Origin: Lachnospiraceae bacterium
GTDB taxonomy: Bacteria; Bacillota; Clostridia; Lachnospirales; Lachnospiraceae
Assembly: GCA_024696825.1 (NCBI GenBank)
Contig: JAILGL010000004.1
Span: 23,433 to 87,432 of the forward strand
Length of the DNA stretch: 64,000 nt
Direction of reading: 5' to 3'
The translations under genes and the position numbers were made by a program. The notes below the pieces were generated by a model. That model was not told the DNA's origin and did no database searches. It saw only the letters and a list, made by a program, of their open reading frames with translations. This document shows positions 28,855-39,348 of this stretch, in pieces. The first letter of the stretch is position 1. The number at the start of each line of letters is the position of its first letter.

Positions 28855-30231
28855 ATGGCAAAATCTAAATCTAAATCTATTTACTTCTGCAAGGAGTGTG
28901 GTTATGAGTCCACTAAGTGGCTCGGCCAATGTCCCGCGTGTAAGGCGTGGGACTCCTTTGTGGAGGAGAAAATTAATTTGAGTGTGGGTGGAAGTAAGAT
29001 AAATACCGATTTAAGTGATAACAAACCTTTAAAGTTATCTGAGGTAGAATTTGAAAACGAAGAACGTATACCGACAGGGATAAGTGAGCTCGACAGAGTG
29101 TTGGGTAATGGTATAGTTCGAGGTTCTTTAGTCTTGGTTGGTGGTGATCCGGGAATAGGTAAGTCCACCCTTCTTTTGCAAATGTGTTGCAATCTGGTTA
29201 ATACTCAGAAAAAAGTCCTATATGTGTCAGGAGAGGAATCCGTAAAGCAGATTAAAATGAGAGCTAACAGAATACCTGTAGATTCACATGAATTATTGGT
29301 GCTTGGAGAAACGGATTTAGATGTGGTGGTTAGTCACATTTCTAAAATAAATCCTGAGGTAGTTGTAATTGATTCTATTCAAACCATGTTAAGTAAAAAC
29401 GAAGGTCAATCCCCTGGAAGTGTATCACAGATAAGAGCGGCTACAGGTGTACTTATGAAGTTGGCTAAAACTCTGTCTATCGCTATATTTATAGTTGGTC
29501 ACGTAACCAAAGAGGGTGTGGTTGCAGGTCCTAGAGTTTTAGAGCATATGGTTGATACTGTGCTTTATTTTGAAAGTGATATGGGAGTATCCTATAGATT
29601 TTTACGTGCGGTTAAAAATAGATTTGGTTCAACTAATGAAATAGGCGTATTTGATATGAGTGAGAAAGGTCTTATGGAGGTTTTGAATCCTTCGGAATAT
29701 ATGCTTAAGGGAAGACCTGCCGAGGAACCTGGTTCTGTGGTGGCTTGTTCCATCGAGGGTACAAGGCCTATACTTGTGGAGATTCAGGCATTAATTGCAA
29801 GAACCAGCTTTAATTATCCGAGAAGAACCTCTGCCGGTATTGATTTTAATAGAATGAATCTTTTAATAGCTGTTATGGAAAAGAGAGCGCATTTAGATCT
29901 TTCCGATAGCGACGCTTATATTAATGTTGCAGGTGGTATGAGAATTCATGAGCCTGCCATGGATTTGGGAGTTATTATGGCTCTTATGTCCAGTTATAAG
30001 AATAAGCCTATCGATGAGGATGTTATCTGCTTCGGAGAGGTTGGTCTCGTGGGAGAAGTAAGAGCGGTAACCATGGCTGACAGCAGAGTTATGGAGGCTG
30101 CGAAGCTTGGCTTTAAGAAGTGCTATCTTCCAAAGGTCAACAAGGAAAGCCTTTCCATAGATAAAAAGAATCTTAATGGAATGGAGCTAATTGGAATAAC
30201 CTCCATTAAGGAATTATTTAAAGCGATTTAA
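28855..30231 (+). CDS. radA: DNA repair protein RadA/Sms
   Basis: Zn finger CKECGYESTKWLGQCPACKAW, Walker A GGDPGIGKST, KNRFG motif, Lon-like C-terminal domain. Confidence 0.96.
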   Translation: MAKSKSKSIYFCKECGYESTKWLGQCPACKAWDSFVEEKINLSVGGSKINTDLSDNKPLKLSEVEFENEERIPTGISELDRVLGNGIVRGSLVLVGGDPGIGKSTLLLQMCCNLVNTQKKVLYVSGEESVKQIKMRANRIPVDSHELLVLGETDLDVVVSHISKINPEVVVIDSIQTMLSKNEGQSPGSVSQIRAATGVLMKLAKTLSIAIFIVGHVTKEGVVAGPRVLEHMVDTVLYFESDMGVSYRFLRAVKNRFGSTNEIGVFDMSEKGLMEVLNPSEYMLKGRPAEEPGSVVACSIEGTRPILVEIQALIARTSFNYPRRTSAGIDFNRMNLLIAVMEKRAHLDLSDSDAYINVAGGMRIHEPAMDLGVIMALMSSYKNKPIDEDVICFGEVGLVGEVRAVTMADSRVMEAAKLGFKKCYLPKVNKESLSIDKKNLNGMELIGITSIKELFKAI

Positions 30232-30324
30232 TACAATTAACGCAGTAAGAGAAATTCCTGCGTTATGAGTAAGTATTGAAGCTGACTAAAGAATATATTT
30301 AATAAAAAAATAGGAATAAAAAAT

Positions 30325-31491
30325 ATGAGTGAGAAAAAGCTTTATGAGTATATTGCCCCTTGTCATTTTGGCTTAGAGGCGGTATTAAAAAGAGAAATCC
30401 AAAAGTTAGGATATAACATTACAAAGGTTGATAATGGTAAGGTGACCTTTGAGGGAGATATTAATGCCCTTGCAAGAGCTAATATATTTTTAAGAACCAC
30501 AGAGAGAATTCTTCTTAAGGTTGCAGAATTTAAGGCTGTTGATTTTGATGAGCTCTTTGAAGGAACCTATAACATTCCATGGGAGAATTTCATCCCTAAG
30601 GATGGTAAGTTCTGGGTTAAAAAGGTTAATAGTATTAAGAGTAAAAACCACAGTCCAAGGGACATTCAGGCCATTATGAAAAAGGCCATGGTTAAGAGGT
30701 TAGAGCATGCCTATAAGATTTCAGTATTTCCGGAAACAGGTGCAGAGTATCCTCTTAGAGTTACCATTATGAATGATGTGGTTACAGTTGGTCTTGATAC
30801 TTCAGGAGCTTCACTTCATATGCGCGGTTACAGAAAGGCTACAGTACCTGCGCCTATTACTGAAACTTTGGCAGCAGCTTTAATTATGCTTACTCCTTGG
30901 AATAAGGACAGAATTTTAGTAGATCCATTTTGCGGAAGCGGTACATTTCCTATAGAGGCAGCTCTTATAGGTATGAATCAGGCCCCTGGTCTTAACAGAG
31001 AATTTACTGCTGAAGAGTGGGATAATATAGTTCCAAAGAACGCCTGGTATGAGGCAGTTAATGAGGCTAATGACCTGATAATAAGAAATCCCAAGATGGA
31101 TATTCAGGGATATGACATCGATGAAAGAGCCATAGAGGCATCCATTAAAAATGCTACAGATGCTGATGTTAGAGATTTGATTCATTTTCAGGTAAGAGAT
31201 ATAACCAAGCTTTCTCACAGAAAAAAATATGGATTTGTAATAACCAATCCGCCATACGGTGAGAGACTTGATGAAAAGAAAAATATGTATGAATTGTATA
31301 AAAAGATGGGAGAGGCATTTAGAAATCTGGACAGCTGGTCCTATTATGTGATTACGGCCTTTGAGGATATAGAGAAATGTATCGGTAAAAGAGCTGATAA
31401 AAACAGGAAAATTTATAATGGTATGATGAAGACTTATTTATATCAGTATATGGGACCAAGGCCACCAAAACCAAAGAAAGAGACGGATTAA
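30325..31491 (+). CDS. THUMP-domain class I SAM-dependent RNA methyltransferase (RlmL/YpsC-like)
   Basis: 388 aa. N-terminal THUMP region, then DPFCGSGTF (motif I) and NPPYGERL (motif IV). Confidence 0.85.
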   Translation: MSEKKLYEYIAPCHFGLEAVLKREIQKLGYNITKVDNGKVTFEGDINALARANIFLRTTERILLKVAEFKAVDFDELFEGTYNIPWENFIPKDGKFWVKKVNSIKSKNHSPRDIQAIMKKAMVKRLEHAYKISVFPETGAEYPLRVTIMNDVVTVGLDTSGASLHMRGYRKATVPAPITETLAAALIMLTPWNKDRILVDPFCGSGTFPIEAALIGMNQAPGLNREFTAEEWDNIVPKNAWYEAVNEANDLIIRNPKMDIQGYDIDERAIEASIKNATDADVRDLIHFQVRDITKLSHRKKYGFVITNPPYGERLDEKKNMYELYKKMGEAFRNLDSWSYYVITAFEDIEKCIGKRADKNRKIYNGMMKTYLYQYMGPRPPKPKKETD

Positions 31492-31500
31492 TTTTTTATC

Positions 31501-33213
31501 ATGAAGAAGCTGTTAGTTTATATAAAAGAGTACAGATTAGAATGTGTTCTAGGACCTTTATTTAAGCTGTTAGAAGCATTTTTCGATTTGATGGTTCCAC
31601 TAGTTATGGCGGCTATGATTGATAAAGGTATCTTAGAGCATAACAAGGAAATAATATTTAAATATGGATTAGTGACATTTCTTCTTGCCCTTGTGGGACT
31701 TATCTCTTCTGTTACTGCACAGTATTTTGCAGCTAAGGCCTCCATCGGTTTTGTAAGGAATATAAGAAATGCCCTGTTTAAGCACATTAATAAGCTTTCC
31801 ATAGGTCAGATTGAAACTATAGGAAAGGACAGTCTTGTTACAAGAATAACAAGTGATATTAACCAGGTGCAGTCAGGAACTAATATGGCTCTAAGGTTAT
31901 TCCTCCGTTCGCCATTTATAGTTGTGGGCGCGGTGGCAATGAGTTTTACCATAAATGTAAAAATAGCCCTTATTTTAACAGCTATGATTATACTTCTCGC
32001 AGTGGTAATATTTGGCATTATGCTTATTACCATGCCGGGCTTTAAGAAGACTCAGAAGCAGTTAGAAAAAATCGCTCTTCACACAGGAGAGAATGTTGAC
32101 GGTGCCAGAGTTATAAGAGCCTTTAATCATGAGAATAAGGAAGAGGAAAATTTTAGAAAAGATAATAATCTTCTTAAGAAGCTGCAGTTAAAGGTAAGCA
32201 GCATATCTACTTCCATGAATCCTATGACTTATCTTATTTTAAATGGATTTTTGGTAGTTATACTTTTTGTTGGAACTAAGAATGTGGGTTCGGGGGCCAT
32301 GAAGGTTGGACAGCTTATAGCTCTTACTAATTATATGACTCAGATTCTTACGGAGTTAATAAAGCTTGCAGATACCATTATTCTTACCTCTAAGGCGGTA
32401 TCCTCAGGAGATAGGATTAATGAAATATTTGAGGTTAAACCGGACCTTTTAGATGGAACCGTTGATTTAAACGAGACAGACAAAGCAGGAAATATCGTAG
32501 AGTTTAATAAGGTTTCCTATAGCTATAAGGGCTCTAAGGAAAATGCCCTTGAGAAAATAAGCTTTGATGCCAAGAAGGGTGAAACCATTGGTATCATTGG
32601 TAGAACCGGTAGTGGTAAGAGTACACTTATTAATCTGATTCCAAGATTTTATGATGCTACGGAGGGTGAGGTAAAGCTATTTGGTAAGGATGTTAAGAGC
32701 GTAACCTTGGAATCCTTAAGAGCTAAGGTTGGTATAGTTCTTCAGAAAAGTGTTTTATTTAAGGGAAGTCTAAGAGATAATCTTTTAATGGCAAATCCTG
32801 ATGCTACAGAGGAAGAGATGATAGAAGCCTTAAAGCTTTCACAGAGCTATGACTTTATTATGAATGGTAAGGATGGCTTAGATACAAAGGTTTTAATTAA
32901 TGGTAATAACTTTTCCGGCGGTCAGAAGCAGAGACTTTTTATAGCCTGCACCTTAGTTAAAAAGCCGGAGATAATAATACTTGATGACAGCTTTAGCGCG
33001 CTGGATTATCTTACAGATAAGAATTTAAGAAAGGATTTAAAGGCACTTCCTTATAATCCTTTAACGATTATTGTTTCACAGAGAATTACATCTGTTATAG
33101 ATTGTGACCGAATTATAGTGATGGATGAAGGAGAGATGGTTGGATATGACAGCCATGATAACCTTCTTAAGAACTGTCTTGAATATCAGGATATTTACGA
33201 TTCACAGCAGTAA
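31501..33213 (+). CDS. ABC exporter, fused permease/ATPase subunit, carrying the degenerate Walker B
   Basis: 570 aa. Six-helix TMD, Walker A GRTGSGKST, signature FSGGQ, and Walker B IIILDDSF (Asp in place of the catalytic Glu). Confidence 0.88.
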   Translation: MKKLLVYIKEYRLECVLGPLFKLLEAFFDLMVPLVMAAMIDKGILEHNKEIIFKYGLVTFLLALVGLISSVTAQYFAAKASIGFVRNIRNALFKHINKLSIGQIETIGKDSLVTRITSDINQVQSGTNMALRLFLRSPFIVVGAVAMSFTINVKIALILTAMIILLAVVIFGIMLITMPGFKKTQKQLEKIALHTGENVDGARVIRAFNHENKEEENFRKDNNLLKKLQLKVSSISTSMNPMTYLILNGFLVVILFVGTKNVGSGAMKVGQLIALTNYMTQILTELIKLADTIILTSKAVSSGDRINEIFEVKPDLLDGTVDLNETDKAGNIVEFNKVSYSYKGSKENALEKISFDAKKGETIGIIGRTGSGKSTLINLIPRFYDATEGEVKLFGKDVKSVTLESLRAKVGIVLQKSVLFKGSLRDNLLMANPDATEEEMIEALKLSQSYDFIMNGKDGLDTKVLINGNNFSGGQKQRLFIACTLVKKPEIIILDDSFSALDYLTDKNLRKDLKALPYNPLTIIVSQRITSVIDCDRIIVMDEGEMVGYDSHDNLLKNCLEYQDIYDSQQ

Positions 33214-33251
33214 AACAGCAGTTTGCTTTACAGAAAAATGGAGAAATAATA

Positions 33252-34997
33252 ATGAATTTTACTACTTTTAAAAGGCTGTTAAAATACATTAACAGATATA
33301 TGATTTTAATAGTTATATCTTTAATTCTTACTGTTATAAAGGTAGCCTCAACCCTGTATCTTCCTATACTTACGGCGAGAGTTTTAGATGTGATAACAGA
33401 CCCGGAACCGGGCTATATTAATGACGTAAAAAAGATACTTATAGAGATGATAGTGGTTATACTTATTACAGTTGTAACCCAGTGGCTTATTAACATTTGC
33501 AATAATAACATTACTTACAGAGTTATAGAAAAAATGAGAAATGAAGCTATTAGTAAGCTTCAGAAAATATCCATAAAAAGACTGGAAAGATTTACAAGCG
33601 GAGATCTTATAAGTCGTATTATTGCCGATGCAGAAACTATCGGTGACGGGCTTTTGCTTGGATTTTCACAGGCCTTTAGTGGAATTCTAACTATCCTTAT
33701 AACCCTGATAATTATGATTAAGCTAAATCTTATAATTGCACTTATAGTGGTTGTGCTTACACCTCTTTCACTTTTTGTAGCTTCATTTATAGCCAAAAGA
33801 TCCTACAAAATGTTTTCTAATCAGACGAAAACCAGAGGTGATCACACCTCCTTTATAACTGAGATGATTCACAATCAAAAGGTGGTTAAGGCTTATACCT
33901 ACGAGGATGAAAGTGAAGAGAGATTTGGAGAATTAAATGATACCTTATCGAGTTTTTCTCTTAAGGGAACCTTTTATTCATCCCTTACAAATCCTGCCAC
34001 AAGATTTGTAAATAACTTAGTTTATGCATCTGTTGGAATAGTTGGTATTTACTTTGGATTAAAGGGAATGATAACTATCGGAACTCTTTCCATTTTCCTA
34101 AGCTATGCCAATCAGTATACTAAGCCATTTAATGATATTACAAGCGTAATTACAGAGCTTCAGAATGCCTTTGCCTGCGCTGAAAGAGTATTCTATATCT
34201 TAGATCTTAAGGAAGAGAAAAATGGTTATGGAACAGCTCTTTATGAGGACACTTCAGTGGAGATTACGGGAGGTAATATTGAGGCCAAGGGAGTGCATTT
34301 TTCCTATGAGAAAACAAAGCCTATACTTCAGGGTGTAGACTTTACCATAAATAAGGGTGAGCAGCTTGCCATAGTTGGAACTACAGGCTGTGGTAAAACA
34401 ACTCTTATAAATCTTTTGATGCATTTCTATGAGTTAGACAGCGGAGTCCTTAGTGTAGACGGACATGATATAAAGGATGTTTCCAGAAAGGCCCTAAGAG
34501 ACAGCGTTGGAATGGTGCTTCAGGATACCTGGATTTCCAGTGGAACTGTAGCTGAAAATATTGCCTACGGTGTGCCGGATGCCTCAAGAGAGGATATTAT
34601 AAAGGCGGCCAAGGCCTGCTACGCTCATTCCTTCATAAAGAAATTACCAAATGGATATGATACCTATATGGGAGAGGGCGGTTCAAGTCTCAGTCAGGGA
34701 CAGAAGCAGCTCCTTTGTATAGCGAGAGTTATGCTTAAAAAACCTCAGATTCTTATACTGGATGAGGCTACATCAAGCATAGATACTCTTACTGAGATAA
34801 ATGTATGTAAGGCTTTTGATAAGCTTATGATGGGCCGTACTTCCATGATAGTTGCCCATAGACTTTCCACTATAAAGAATGCCACAAAGATTATCGTTAT
34901 GGATAAGGGCCGTATTATAGAGTGTGGAAGTCATGATGAGCTTCTTGAAAAGAAGGGCTTCTATGCAAATCTTTATGAAAGTCGTTTTGCGGGATAG
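33252..34997 (+). CDS. ABC exporter, fused permease/ATPase subunit, carrying the consensus catalytic site
   Basis: 581 aa. Walker A GTTGCGKTT, Walker B ILILDEAT, non-canonical signature LSQGQ. Confidence 0.88.
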   Translation: MNFTTFKRLLKYINRYMILIVISLILTVIKVASTLYLPILTARVLDVITDPEPGYINDVKKILIEMIVVILITVVTQWLINICNNNITYRVIEKMRNEAISKLQKISIKRLERFTSGDLISRIIADAETIGDGLLLGFSQAFSGILTILITLIIMIKLNLIIALIVVVLTPLSLFVASFIAKRSYKMFSNQTKTRGDHTSFITEMIHNQKVVKAYTYEDESEERFGELNDTLSSFSLKGTFYSSLTNPATRFVNNLVYASVGIVGIYFGLKGMITIGTLSIFLSYANQYTKPFNDITSVITELQNAFACAERVFYILDLKEEKNGYGTALYEDTSVEITGGNIEAKGVHFSYEKTKPILQGVDFTINKGEQLAIVGTTGCGKTTLINLLMHFYELDSGVLSVDGHDIKDVSRKALRDSVGMVLQDTWISSGTVAENIAYGVPDASREDIIKAAKACYAHSFIKKLPNGYDTYMGEGGSSLSQGQKQLLCIARVMLKKPQILILDEATSSIDTLTEINVCKAFDKLMMGRTSMIVAHRLSTIKNATKIIVMDKGRIIECGSHDELLEKKGFYANLYESRFAG

Positions 34998-35140
34998 TAT
35001 AGAAGGGCAAAATATGCTATAATATTTGTTTGGGTGAAGTGCACATAATATAAGCGTAAGACAAGCGTATGATGAGCATAATATAAAGATTGTATAATAA
35101 AAGTATAAGATAGTAAGATAGATGGAAAAATGGAGGAATT

Positions 35141-36298
35141 ATGTCAGGTTCTATATTTGGAAAGAATTTTAAGGTGGCAACCTGGGGAGAGTCTCATGGA
35201 AAGGCACTTGGAGCTGTAGTTGACGGATGTCCTGCAGGTATTAGTCTGGACGAGGAAATGATTCAGAAATACTTAGACAGAAGAAAGCCGGGACAGAATG
35301 AATTTTCAACTATGAGAGATGAGGCTGACTGTGTAAGTATTCTTTCAGGTGTATTTGAAGGAAAGACCACAGGAACACCTATTTCGATGATTATTTATAA
35401 TAAAGATCAGCATTCTAAGGATTACAGTAATATCAAGGATATATACAGACCGGGCCATGCCGATTATGGATTTGATAAAAAATATGGTTTTAGAGATTAC
35501 AGAGGTGGCGGAAGAAGTTCAGGAAGAGAGACTGCCGGCCGAGTTATGGCAGGAGCTGTGGCTCTTTCTGCCTTAAAGGAATTAGGAATTAATGTCACTG
35601 CCTTTACCTCCTCTTTAGGCGGTGTAAAGTGCGATAGAGCTGCGATTTCTAAGGAGAATATTTTTAAGAGTCCTATCTATATGCCTGATTTAAAGGCTTC
35701 TGGGGAAGCTGAAGAGCTTATTAAAAATGCTAAGGGAGATTTAGAATCTCTTGGAGGAAGTATAGATTGTGTGGTAACAGGACTTCCTGCAGGTCTTGGA
35801 GAGCCTGTATTTGATAAGCTGGATGCACTTCTTGCAAGAGCCTGTATGTCGGTTGGAGCTGTTAAGGGCGTGGAGATTGGAGCAGGCTTTAATGTGGCTA
35901 ACATGAAGGGCTCAGAGAATAATGATAACTTTGTAGCTTCTAATGAGGCTGGCATAAAGCTTTTAGAGGAAGGAAGGCTCTTTGATGATAAGGGTAATTT
36001 CATAAGCATTAAGAAGGAAACTAACAATTCAGGTGGTATTCTTGGAGGTATCTCAGATGGAGATCCTATATACATTTCTTGTGCTGTAAAGCCTACACCT
36101 TCTATTGCCAGTGAGCAGAAGACCATTAACAGAGATGGTGAGGAGACTGATATAGTTATAAAGGGAAGACACGATCCTGTTATAGCTCCAAGGGCTGTAG
36201 TTGTTGTGGAATCTATGGTTGGTATAACTCTTATGGACCTGCTTATGACCTCTGCAACGTCCAAATTCAGCACTTTAAGGGATGTATTTGGAAATTAA
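35141..36298 (+). CDS. aroC: Chorismate synthase
   Basis: 385 aa. N-terminus SGSIFGKNFKVATWGESHG, then RPGHADY and GGGRSSGRET. Confidence 0.95.
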   Translation: MSGSIFGKNFKVATWGESHGKALGAVVDGCPAGISLDEEMIQKYLDRRKPGQNEFSTMRDEADCVSILSGVFEGKTTGTPISMIIYNKDQHSKDYSNIKDIYRPGHADYGFDKKYGFRDYRGGGRSSGRETAGRVMAGAVALSALKELGINVTAFTSSLGGVKCDRAAISKENIFKSPIYMPDLKASGEAEELIKNAKGDLESLGGSIDCVVTGLPAGLGEPVFDKLDALLARACMSVGAVKGVEIGAGFNVANMKGSENNDNFVASNEAGIKLLEEGRLFDDKGNFISIKKETNNSGGILGGISDGDPIYISCAVKPTPSIASEQKTINRDGEETDIVIKGRHDPVIAPRAVVVVESMVGITLMDLLMTSATSKFSTLRDVFGN

Positions 36299-36470
36299 AG
36301 TGAAGCAGTTTCAAATCAGTTGCAAATCAGTTATAAAACAGTTGCAAGAAAAAGACATTTTGTGATAAAGTATTAGGTGGGCCTAAATTGGCTTAAAATC
36401 CGCCAAAATTGGCCGAAATCAAGTTTTTATGAGGCTTTTGCCTAAGAATTTATGGAATGGAGATTATGAT

Positions 36471-37925
36471 ATGAGTAATGACAGGTATGTGAGTCCATTA
36501 TCGGAAAGATATGCAAGTACCGATATGCAGTACATTTTTTCACCGGACATGAAGTTTAAGACTTGGAGAAAGCTTTGGATTGCTCTTGCTGAAGCAGAGA
36601 AAGAACTCGGTCTTAAGGATGAGAATGGTAATCCTAAGATTACAGATGAGCAGATTGAAGAGCTTAAGAGTCATGCTGATGATATTAATTATGATGTAGC
36701 TAAGGAAAGAGAAAAGCTTGTAAGACACGATGTTATGTCTCATGTCTATGCATATGGTGTTCAGTGTCCTAAGGCAAAGGGTATTATCCATCTTGGAGCA
36801 ACCTCTTGTTATGTAGGAGATAATACAGATGTTATTATTATGACTGAAGCTTTAAAGCTTGTTAAGAAAAAGCTTGTAAATGTAATTAGCAGACTTTCAA
36901 AGTTCGCTGATGAGAAGAAGGATGTGCCTACACTTGCATTTACACATTTTCAGCCTGCACAGCCTACAACCATAGGTAAGAGAGCCACTCTTTGGTGCCA
37001 GGAATTTGTCATGGATTTACATGACCTTGATTATGTACTTTCAACTATGAAGCTTTTAGGTTCTAAGGGTACTACAGGAACTCAGGCAAGCTTTATGGAG
37101 TTATTTGAAAATGACGAAGAAAAGGTTAAGAAGATAGATGGAATAATCGCTAAGAAGATGGGATTTGACGAGTGCTTCCCAGTTTCCGGTCAGACTTATT
37201 CCAGAAAGCTTGATACAAGAGTGCTTAATGTACTTGCAGGTATTGCAGCAAGTGCTCATAAGTTCTCTAATGATATCAGACTTTTACAGCATTTAAAGGA
37301 AATCGAGGAGCCATTTGAGAAGAATCAGATAGGTTCATCTGCTATGGCTTATAAGAGAAATCCTATGAGAAGTGAGAGAATTGCTTCCCTTGCAAGATAT
37401 GTAATGAGCGATGTTAACAATGCTCAGTTTACATCAGCTTGTCAGTGGTTTGAGAGAACTCTTGATGATTCAGCTAACAAGCGTCTTTCTATTCCTGAGG
37501 GATTCCTTGCAACAGACGGAATTCTTGATCTTATGTTAAATGTAGTTGACGGTCTTGTAGTTTATGAAAAGGTAGTTACTAAGAGACTTATGTCAGAATT
37601 ACCATTTATGGCTACTGAGAACATTATGATGGATGCTACTAAGGCAGGCGGTGACAGACAGGAGCTTCATGAGAGAATCAGAGAGCTTTCTATGGAAGCC
37701 GGCAAGAATGTTAAGCAGGAAGGTAAGGAGAATAATCTCTTAGAGCTTATTGCAGCTGACTCTTCATTTAACATGTCCTTAGAGGAGCTTGAGGCTAATA
37801 TGGATCCTAAGAAGTATGTTGGACGTTCAGCTTCTCAGGTAACAGATTTCATCAATGAGGTTGTTAATCCTATACTTGAGGAGAACAAGGACCTTCTTGG
37901 AATCGAAGCAGTAATTAACGTTTAA
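36471..37925 (+). CDS. purB: Adenylosuccinate lyase
   Basis: MSNDRYVSPLSERYAS N-terminus and fumarate-lyase signature GSSAMAYKRNP. ATG 36471 follows GGAG. The track start at 36429 adds 14 residues without an SD. Confidence 0.93.
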   Translation: MSNDRYVSPLSERYASTDMQYIFSPDMKFKTWRKLWIALAEAEKELGLKDENGNPKITDEQIEELKSHADDINYDVAKEREKLVRHDVMSHVYAYGVQCPKAKGIIHLGATSCYVGDNTDVIIMTEALKLVKKKLVNVISRLSKFADEKKDVPTLAFTHFQPAQPTTIGKRATLWCQEFVMDLHDLDYVLSTMKLLGSKGTTGTQASFMELFENDEEKVKKIDGIIAKKMGFDECFPVSGQTYSRKLDTRVLNVLAGIAASAHKFSNDIRLLQHLKEIEEPFEKNQIGSSAMAYKRNPMRSERIASLARYVMSDVNNAQFTSACQWFERTLDDSANKRLSIPEGFLATDGILDLMLNVVDGLVVYEKVVTKRLMSELPFMATENIMMDATKAGGDRQELHERIRELSMEAGKNVKQEGKENNLLELIAADSSFNMSLEELEANMDPKKYVGRSASQVTDFINEVVNPILEENKDLLGIEAVINV

Positions 37926-38003
37926 GAAATAATGCTTAATAATATTTAAAAAATACATGTTTTACAGCATTTAAAAATATTTAAAAATAAATGGAGGATT
38001 ACC

Positions 38004-39284
38004 ATGGTTACAGCTATTGTAGGTGCTAATTGGGGTGACGAGGGAAAAGGAAAAATAACGGATATGCTCGCACAGGAGTCAGATATTATTATCAGATTCC
38101 AGGGCGGAAGTAATGCAGGTCATACCATCGTTAATAATTACGGAAAGTTTGCATTACATCTTTTACCATCAGGAGTATTTAACAATGATGCCGTTAACAT
38201 TATCGGTAATGGTGTTGCGCTTAATATTCCTTATCTTGCAAAGGAAGTAGAAGAGTTGGTAAAGCAGGGCGTTCCAAGACCTAATATCATCGTTTCTGAT
38301 AGAGCTCAGATTCTTATGCCATATCATATTCTTTTTGATCAGTATGAGGAAGAGAGACTTGGCAAGGAATCATTTGGTTCTACCAAATCAGGTATTGCAC
38401 CTTTCTATTCAGATAAATATGCAAAGATTGGTCTTCAGGTTTCACAGCTTTTTGATGATGAAGTGCTTAAAAAGCAGTTAAAGAAAATCTGTGATCAGAA
38501 GAATGTTTTACTTGAGCATTTATATAAAAAGCCACTCCTTGATCCGGATGAGCTTTATAAGACATGTGTAGAATACAGAGAGCAGGTTCGTCCATTTGTA
38601 TGTGATGTATCACTCTATCTTCACAAGGCTATTAAGGAAGGTAAGAATATCCTTCTTGAAGGTCAGTTAGGATCTCTTAAGGATACAGATCATGGAATCT
38701 ATCCTATGGTTACCTCATCCTCAACACTTGCAGGTTATGGTGCAGTAGGAACAGGTATTCCACCATATGAGATTAAGAGAATTGTTACAGTTGTTAAGGC
38801 TTATTCTTCAGCTGTTGGTGGCGGAGAATTTGTTAGTGAAATATTAGATGAAAAGGTTGCAGATGAGCTTCGTAGGCACGGTGGTGATGGCGGAGAGTAC
38901 GGTGCTACCACAGGTCGTCCTAGAAGAATGGGATGGTTCGATGCAGTTGCAAGCCGTTACGGTTGTAGAGTTCAGGGTGCTACAGAGGTAGTTCTTACTG
39001 TTCTTGACTGCCTTGGATATCTTGAGAAGATTCCTGTATGTGTAGGCTATGAATTAGACGGTGAGATTATTAAGGATTTCCCTGTTACAGAGAAGCTTTC
39101 AAAATGTAAGCCTGTACTTGTTGAGCTTGATGGATGGCATACAGACATTTCCGGTATTAGAAATTATGATGACTTACCAGAGAACTGCAAGAAGTACGTT
39201 GAGTTTATTGAAAAAGAACTTGAAGTACCTATTAAGATGGTATCAAACGGACCTAAGAGAGAAGATATTATCGTAAGATGGTAA
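38004..39284 (+). CDS. purA: Adenylosuccinate synthetase
   Basis: 426 aa. GANWGDEGKGK P-loop and GTTGRPRR-type motif (ATTGRPRRMGW). Confidence 0.96.
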   Translation: MVTAIVGANWGDEGKGKITDMLAQESDIIIRFQGGSNAGHTIVNNYGKFALHLLPSGVFNNDAVNIIGNGVALNIPYLAKEVEELVKQGVPRPNIIVSDRAQILMPYHILFDQYEEERLGKESFGSTKSGIAPFYSDKYAKIGLQVSQLFDDEVLKKQLKKICDQKNVLLEHLYKKPLLDPDELYKTCVEYREQVRPFVCDVSLYLHKAIKEGKNILLEGQLGSLKDTDHGIYPMVTSSSTLAGYGAVGTGIPPYEIKRIVTVVKAYSSAVGGGEFVSEILDEKVADELRRHGGDGGEYGATTGRPRRMGWFDAVASRYGCRVQGATEVVLTVLDCLGYLEKIPVCVGYELDGEIIKDFPVTEKLSKCKPVLVELDGWHTDISGIRNYDDLPENCKKYVEFIEKELEVPIKMVSNGPKREDIIVRW

Positions 39285-39348
39285 TACGAAGCTTCGGTAG
39301 AGTTTGAACCTTTTATTAAGGTGGATTTTTTAAAGAGGGTTTGTATAC

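Noticed and set aside
30239-30264. The hairpin AACGCAG-N12-CTGCGTT after radA, considered as an intrinsic terminator.
   Set aside because: The stem is 7 bp, but the loop is long and there is no U-tract. It is too weak to call.
35677-36273. 198-aa ORF antisense to aroC. Similar long antisense ORFs occur at 19634-20110 (uvrA), 45484-45975 and 46227-46532 (dnaE), 44249-44611 (UPF0210), 60337-60768 (GlgX-like), 8699-9013 (GH5) and 500-751 (pgm).
   Set aside because: Each lies entirely inside a confidently identified gene on the opposite strand. They have no SD and show the Ser/Leu/Pro/Ile-rich low-complexity composition typical of antisense read-through. I recognise no motif in any of them.
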